Below, in pieces: positions 55,967 through 60,978 of a stretch of 60,978 nucleotides of DNA. Position 1 is the stretch's first letter; each line of letters starts with the position of its first letter. The stretch spans positions 1 to 60,978 of the IMG/VR virus record IMGVR_UViG_3300037422_000333; one strand, 5' to 3'. This DNA comes from a virus. Its lineage: Duplodnaviria; Caudoviricetes. Under the pieces are notes generated by a model. That model was not told the origin of the DNA and did no database searches. It was given only the letters and a program-made list of their open reading frames with translations. A program made the position numbers and the translations under genes.

Positions 55967-56906
55967 TGCGGATGTCGGCGCGACCGATGAATTCGCATCG
56001 CTGGACGATTTCGAGACGGGCGGCAGCTTCCCGCGCGGGCGAGCGGCTCGGCCGCTGCCGCAAGCGGCAAAGCTGAATGGAACGCAACGAAAGTCGCTGC
56101 TGTTCTTCGATCTCGAAACCGTGCCCGACTATTCGCGACTTGCATCGTTCGGCCTCGATCCGCTGCCGGAACCCAAGCCGGAAACCGGAGTCAGCGACTG
56201 CCCAAAGATCGACGACTTTCTCAAGTTGGCCTTGGACCAGATCGGCGACGAATTGAAACGGATCAATCCGTGCGATGCGTGGCTGGACCTGCTGTCCGAC
56301 GCCGAACGCAAGCGGGACAAGCCGCGATCAGGATTAACCAAGGCCGTGGATGGCGTGCGGTCCGAACGGTTGTCAATCGTGCAGGCCGCGGAAAGTCGTC
56401 GGAAGTTGCTGTCCGTCACGCCGGAATACTGCCGCATCGCGGCGATGGGCTGGGCGTTCGCGGATGGCGACCAGCCGCAGTCGATTGTGGCGGTCGATCC
56501 CGACTTTCAGGCCCAAGAGATTCTTGAACGGAAGCTGCTTGAATCGTTTTGGGAGATGGCCGCGAGCTGCGAGAGGATCGTGGGATTCAACGTCATCGGG
56601 TTCGACCTGCCCGTGATCTTCGTGCGGTCGATGCTGCTGGGGATCACGGCGACGCGGCGGATCGATCTGCGGCCGTGGGGCGGCGACGTGGTGGACCTGA
56701 TGGAGCGACGGTTCGCCAAGTCGAAGGCGATGAAACTGAAAGAACTGGCCCGACTTTATGGCATGCAGATCCCGGCCGGCGACGTGGATGGATCGCAAGT
56801 CGCCGAACTGGCGGAAGTCGATCCGGCAAAGCTCGACGAGTACGTGAAAAGCGACGTGACGATCACTCGCGAACTGTTCCGTCTTTACGAAGGCTACTTC
56901 TGCTAA
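55941..56906 (+). CDS. PolB-type 3'-5' exonuclease (DEDD)
   Basis: FFDLETVP, IVGFNVIGFDLP, VVDLM, YVKSDV. Confidence 0.88.
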   Translation: MSTDVMELDADVGATDEFASLDDFETGGSFPRGRAARPLPQAAKLNGTQRKSLLFFDLETVPDYSRLASFGLDPLPEPKPETGVSDCPKIDDFLKLALDQIGDELKRINPCDAWLDLLSDAERKRDKPRSGLTKAVDGVRSERLSIVQAAESRRKLLSVTPEYCRIAAMGWAFADGDQPQSIVAVDPDFQAQEILERKLLESFWEMAASCERIVGFNVIGFDLPVIFVRSMLLGITATRRIDLRPWGGDVVDLMERRFAKSKAMKLKELARLYGMQIPAGDVDGSQVAELAEVDPAKLDEYVKSDVTITRELFRLYEGYFC

Positions 56907-56922
56907 TCAAGGGGGCAAAATC

Positions 56923-58320
56923 ATGTCAACGGCAACCGCTGTCGCGACCGCGACTGCAAGTCAACCACCAAGCAACAACCAGCCACCAAGCAACAGTCAG
57001 ACATCGCCGCTCTGGCCGAACGGACAGCGCCTCGGCTTCATCGGAGTCTGCGGAGAATACCAATCTGGCAAAACTCTGTTTGGTCTGACCATCGACCCGG
57101 CCCACACGATCCATTTCGACACCGAGAAGTCAGGCGAGCCGTACCAGGCATCGCTCGGATTCCGCCGCGTGGACATTCCGGCCATGATGGCGGAGAAGTT
57201 TCCGAACGGTGAGTACCGACCGATCCAGACTTTCGAGGCGTGGCTGAGTCTCGTTCGCGGACTCAAGCCGGGCGTCTACCGTGTCGCCGTGCTCGACACC
57301 GTGAGCGAGATCGAGGCGGGGCTCGTGGAGTACGTGCGATTGAATCCGAACAAGTTCGGCTACACGTCTGCGCAGTTCGCCAAGTCGGAAGCCCTGATGT
57401 GGGGCGCAGCGAAGGACTTCTGGAAGCAAATACTCTCGGACATCCTGACGCGAGTCGAGACGTTTGTGTGTATCGCCCACATGCGGTCGATTTTCGACAA
57501 GACGGGCCGGCCGACCGGGGAACGCGAAGCCAAGGGGAAGGAAACGATTCTCGAACTGGCTTCGCTCTATCTGCGGCTGGAACGCAAGCCGGACGAGAAG
57601 GGGCGGTTGCCAGAAAAGCCCGCCGCTCAGGTGCTAAAAACGCGGCTGTGCGCCTTCGTGATGAATCCGGAAACACACGAAATGGAACCGCATCCGGTCC
57701 TACCGCCACGGCTGCCAATCTGCACGCCGGCCACGATCCGCAAGTACATTCAGAATCCGCCCGACTACTCGAAGCTCAAGAAAGACGAGCTGCTTCAGGC
57801 GGAACAACTGAGCGATGACCAGAAGCTGTTGCTTCAGAATTCGATCGCCGCGAACAAGGCGGAGGCAGAACGTCTGGCCCTGACGCGACAGGAGCAACTG
57901 ATTGCGGCGGGCAAAGCCAATGCGACTGCGGGTGTCGTCACGGCGGATAACCACGTTGCGGCGACTCAGCAACCGGTTGGGGCGGCAGGAAGCCGCAATG
58001 GTCAGGATGACCGCCCCGCTGGTGCGACGACCGCAGCAACTGCGACCCCTGTCGTCACGGCGAACGAAAACGGCCACGCGACGCAGGACCAGCTCGACTC
58101 GATGCTCGCCGTCATCAAGGAACTGAAGATGCCGCGTGATGTGTGGCTGCAAGTGCTGGCCAAGCGAAACGTCAAGTCGGCCCGCGAATTGACTCGGCAG
58201 CAGGCGCACGAACTTCTGGCCAATCTGATCGCCAAGAGACAGCAACTTCGCGGAGCGGTTGTGCCGCCATCGGGCGACATCCCTTTTGAAGTCGGGGCGA
58301 ATTCCGCCCCTCACGGATAA
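56923..58320 (+). CDS. AAA_24/Sak4-like ATPase (single-strand annealing recombinase candidate)
   Basis: GEYQSGKT, FDTEKSG, AVLDTVSE, CIAH; between the exonuclease and SSB-like genes. Confidence 0.78.
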   Translation: MSTATAVATATASQPPSNNQPPSNSQTSPLWPNGQRLGFIGVCGEYQSGKTLFGLTIDPAHTIHFDTEKSGEPYQASLGFRRVDIPAMMAEKFPNGEYRPIQTFEAWLSLVRGLKPGVYRVAVLDTVSEIEAGLVEYVRLNPNKFGYTSAQFAKSEALMWGAAKDFWKQILSDILTRVETFVCIAHMRSIFDKTGRPTGEREAKGKETILELASLYLRLERKPDEKGRLPEKPAAQVLKTRLCAFVMNPETHEMEPHPVLPPRLPICTPATIRKYIQNPPDYSKLKKDELLQAEQLSDDQKLLLQNSIAANKAEAERLALTRQEQLIAAGKANATAGVVTADNHVAATQQPVGAAGSRNGQDDRPAGATTAATATPVVTANENGHATQDQLDSMLAVIKELKMPRDVWLQVLAKRNVKSARELTRQQAHELLANLIAKRQQLRGAVVPPSGDIPFEVGANSAPHG

Positions 58321-58543
58321 CCCCTCGGTCCAGTCTGATCGAGGGGCCATCGCGAAACAGATTACGAAACAGTGGACGACGCCGCTTCGTTTCCTCGTGG
58401 AGACCCACGGAGAGGATGTCGTTGAACAAGTCGGTCTCCAAGTGCTGGGCTATCCCGCGACCTGGGTGCATCGCACAGACGAAGCCCTGAAAATCGCGAC
58501 AGCCCTGAACAACGACCAACAGAAGGAGACTCCATCATGTTGA
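58286..58543 (+). CDS. hypothetical protein (TTG start, uncertain)
   Basis: Fills the gap to the next gene and overlaps its ATG; no ATG start. Confidence 0.4.
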   Translation: MKSGRIPPLTDNPSVQSDRGAIAKQITKQWTTPLRFLVETHGEDVVEQVGLQVLGYPATWVHRTDEALKIATALNNDQQKETPSC

Positions 58544-59271
58544 CTGCCGAAGACACGGCCCTGCTGGAAGGGCAAAGCGGGTTCGACGGCTCGTTCGATC
58601 TCGGTGATACCGATTCATCCGACTTGGACGTCGGCGGGATTGTGGATCGGGAAGGCTGGTATCACTTCGAAGTGGCCGACGTGGTGCCAGAGCTGGAGAC
58701 ACACAAGGCGGATGGCGAAGCGAAGTCGCCGTGCATTCGTTTCGATCTCAGCGTGTTGCACTCCGTCCCCGGACAAAGCAAGACCGGAGCGCGTCTGTTC
58801 CATCGGGTGTGGGTGGGCAGCAAGGGGGGCGGACCGCCGGCCGAAGGTTCTATCAAATCAGCCAAGCGATTCGGACTTGGGCTGGGTGTCTTGCGACAGA
58901 TCGAACACAACGGCAAGAGAATCGTCGTTGATTCCGTGACGGGACAGACGCGAATCACGAAGGAAACCTGGCTGCGAGCCAAGGGACAGCAGTGCATCGG
59001 CAGAGTCGCCAGGTCGAAGGAAGACAAGACGGGACAGTACGACCAGAAGTTCGAGTTGCCATTCGGCCAGGTGTATCCCGTCGATCATCCCGAGGTGGCC
59101 GACGTTCCCAAGAACGTGAATGCCCTGGCCCTGATTGGAAAGGCGAGCCTCGCCGCCGCGCCAGCCAAGGTGCCGCCAACGGCGACGACGAATTCAACGT
59201 CGCCGCCTGCGGCTCAACCCGTTGCGGCGGCTCCGTCTGGCGGCGGATGGGACAACATCGCCGACTTGTAG
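58537..59271 (+). CDS. SSB-like OB-fold protein (DUF669-like)
   Basis: EGWYHFEVADV...IRFDL; Pro/Ala linker; acidic-hydrophobic end WDNIADL; AAGGAG SD. Confidence 0.65.
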   Translation: MLTAEDTALLEGQSGFDGSFDLGDTDSSDLDVGGIVDREGWYHFEVADVVPELETHKADGEAKSPCIRFDLSVLHSVPGQSKTGARLFHRVWVGSKGGGPPAEGSIKSAKRFGLGLGVLRQIEHNGKRIVVDSVTGQTRITKETWLRAKGQQCIGRVARSKEDKTGQYDQKFELPFGQVYPVDHPEVADVPKNVNALALIGKASLAAAPAKVPPTATTNSTSPPAAQPVAAAPSGGGWDNIADL

Positions 59272-59283
59272 GACTCCGATTAC

Positions 59284-59356
59284 CGCGGGGAGTGCTGCTG
59301 GTCGCACAACAAGGCCCATAACCTTGCCGACGCGGGTTCAATTCCCGCCCCCGCCA
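59284..59356 (+). tRNA. atypical tRNA-Met(CAU), initiator-like
   Basis: Acceptor CGCGGGG/CCCCGCC-A, D stem GTGC/GCAC, anticodon arm CAAGG-CCCATAA-CCTTG, T arm GCGGG-TTCAATT-CCCGC. Confidence 0.8.
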
Positions 59357-59402
59357 TTCTTTTGTTGTGAGGTTCGACGTCAACTTTTCAGGAGAGAGAG
59401 AA

Positions 59403-59693
59403 ATGATTCAGCCCACTGTTGGAAGAGTCGTGAACTACTACCCGCCGGGCGGCGCGGATGGACCGCCGCAAGTGGCCTTGATTGCGTGCGTGTGGACCGA
59501 CACATGCGTCAATCTCGCAATCTTCGACCGCAACGGCAACAGCGTGAAAGACCCGCCGACGTCGATCCTGCTGGTGCAGGAAGGAGCGGAGCGGCCGAGT
59601 GGCGGTCACTTCTGCGAATGGATGCCGTACCAGATCAAGAAGCCGACCGGCAGCGAGTCCGGCGAAAAGTCGGCCGGTACGGTCGCTGTCTGA
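59403..59693 (+). CDS. conserved-type phage hypothetical protein
   Basis: MIQPTVGRVVNYY...ALIACVW...VNLAIFD...CEWMPYQ. Confidence 0.75.
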   Translation: MIQPTVGRVVNYYPPGGADGPPQVALIACVWTDTCVNLAIFDRNGNSVKDPPTSILLVQEGAERPSGGHFCEWMPYQIKKPTGSESGEKSAGTVAV

Positions 59694-59803
59694 AATTGCC
59701 CCGCCGATGCCAACCGATGCACGACGGTCGGCTGGTGGCACGTCACTGACGAGCGGTATTCGTTGAGTCGCGACAGCAATTTGTGAACAAGGAGAAAATC
59801 GCG

Positions 59804-60106
59804 ATGCCAATCGAACTGCGAGAAAAACCGAAACCAACGCCGAAGTGTCCATCCGAATTGCGCGAGCTTATTCCGTATCGGGTCGTGGAAGTGCGGGAGT
59901 CGGATTGCGGCGTCGCAGTCGGCGACATTGTGCTGCGGTTTCCCGCGCACGGACATGGCTGCTACCTGCTGAATGTCACTCAGGCAAAAATGCTCTGGGA
60001 CAAAGGATATCACCACGACTCATGGAGCAAGCGGTTTATGTGCCTGCGAGCACACCAAGTCGAAACCATTGTCTTTAGTGTCGATCACGACGACCGGCCT
60101 GAGTAG
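59804..60106 (+). CDS. hypothetical protein
   Basis: AAGGAG SD, ATG 59804. Confidence 0.55.
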   Translation: MPIELREKPKPTPKCPSELRELIPYRVVEVRESDCGVAVGDIVLRFPAHGHGCYLLNVTQAKMLWDKGYHHDSWSKRFMCLRAHQVETIVFSVDHDDRPE

Positions 60107-60141
60107 CCGACCAGTTCTTTTTTCTTGCGCCGAGGCTCCCA

Positions 60142-60315
60142 ATGGACGAATGGCTCCGAGATCGCGTTGACCAGCTCAAGCTGGTCAACGACGAACTGAC
60201 GCGAATCGCCGACGCTTGGTGCCGCGGCGAAGACGTCCGCGAAATGATGAGCAACCTCCAGTTTGACGTCGTCCGAATGATCGCAGAGGCCGAAGCCGAC
60301 TACGACGCTTTCTAA
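60142..60315 (+). CDS. small acidic hypothetical protein (not in ORF track)
   Basis: GAGG SD; MDEWLRDRVDQLKL...DYDAF*. Confidence 0.5.
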   Translation: MDEWLRDRVDQLKLVNDELTRIADAWCRGEDVREMMSNLQFDVVRMIAEAEADYDAF

Positions 60316-60355
60316 ATCGCCATGATTCGCAATCAGGCATTGAAGGGAAAACACA

Positions 60356-60978
60356 ATGTCAGAGCCACTGCTATTCAAGGTCTTGGTCAACGGAAAATCT
60401 TGTCACGGCGGCAATTTGAACTGGTCGCTTCCGAAACAGGATGGCGATCACTGGATTGCCGGCGACTGGCACGAAGTCGCCGGTAATCTTGATGTCTGTT
60501 CAAACGGACTACACCTGACGAATCGGCCGGCAAGGTGGTACCTCGATAACTGCGAAGTTTTCGTAGCCGAGTACGACGGTGAGTTTGCCAGGAACTCAGA
60601 GCAGGACGACAAGATTTGCTGTCGTCGCGTTCGACTGCTGCGGCAAGCCACCGACAAAGAGCTTGCGCAAGTGTTTATCTTTGTCTCCGACGGAGAATGC
60701 AAGGTTTCAGAAGACGAGACGGTAGTCGCGACAGGTTCGAGCAACGTCACGGTCGAGGGCCGGGGTTCGAGCAACGTCAAGGTCGTGGGCCGGGGTTCGA
60801 GCAACGTCAAGGTCGAGGGCTGGGAGTCGAGCAACGTCAAGGTCGTGGGCCGGGGTTCGAGCAACGTCAAGGTCGAGGGCTGGGAGTCGAGCAACGTCAC
60901 GGTCGAGGGCCGGGAGTCGAGCAACGTCACGGTCGAGGGCCGGGAGTCGAGCAACGTCACGGTCGAGGGCCGGGGTTC
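60356..60978 (+). CDS. 5' part of a DUF7666-like domain + decapeptide-repeat protein (runs off the contig end)
   Basis: MSEPLLFKVL...DVCSNGLHL...DDKICCRRVRLLR, then SSNVTVEGRG repeats; no stop before the end. Confidence 0.78.
   Translation, partial: MSEPLLFKVLVNGKSCHGGNLNWSLPKQDGDHWIAGDWHEVAGNLDVCSNGLHLTNRPARWYLDNCEVFVAEYDGEFARNSEQDDKICCRRVRLLRQATDKELAQVFIFVSDGECKVSEDETVVATGSSNVTVEGRGSSNVKVVGRGSSNVKVEGWESSNVKVVGRGSSNVKVEGWESSNVTVEGRESSNVTVEGRESSNVTVEGRG
60737..60978 (+). repeat. 30-bp tandem coding repeat (8 units)
   Basis: Same unit as 1-232. Confidence 0.97.

Noticed and set aside
60737-60978. Variable repeats as a diversity-generating retroelement TR/VR
   Set aside because: No reverse transcriptase was recognised, and the variation includes C/T changes and is not adenine-specific.

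Overview
This window is very probably a near-complete, circular ~61 kb temperate tailed-phage genome in its excised (attP) form. Both ends of the contig fall inside the same 30-bp coding tandem repeat. The host is inferred, not shown, to be a high-GC bacterium, possibly a Planctomycete. The order on the + strand is: (1) replication/modification (split RecD2-like helicase, ERCC4 nuclease, C5 and N4/N6 DNA methyltransferases, TOPRIM primase-D5 helicase, inverted-iteron origin); (2) a lysis-position block with membrane proteins, an exported non-specific nuclease and an exported trypsin-like protease but no recognisable endolysin; (3) a fibre block; (4) terminase, KTSC protein, Mu-gp29-like portal, a 1846-aa polyvalent protein, protease/scaffold, capsid and a sheath-less tail with a -1 frameshifting chaperone; (5) attP (5' half of tRNA-Lys-UUU) and a minus-strand integrase operon; (6) an early operon (HTH, HExxH peptidase, structured RNA, CsrA, exonuclease, Sak4-like ATPase, SSB-like protein, atypical tRNA-Met). 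The most striking observations are: a repeated 'LxxxFxxxF...VERY' linker that segments the polyvalent protein and whose (E)(R/K)Y core recurs in the scaffold and KTSC protein (candidate capsid-loading/cleavage code); a large terminase lacking the Walker A Lys and Walker B Asp; a candidate -1 frameshift giving the Sak4-like protein an SSB-type DIPF tail; a 24 x 22-aa indel-free repeat protein; and a CsrA preceded by GGA-loop hairpins. All family assignments come from motif recognition by eye; no database searches were run.
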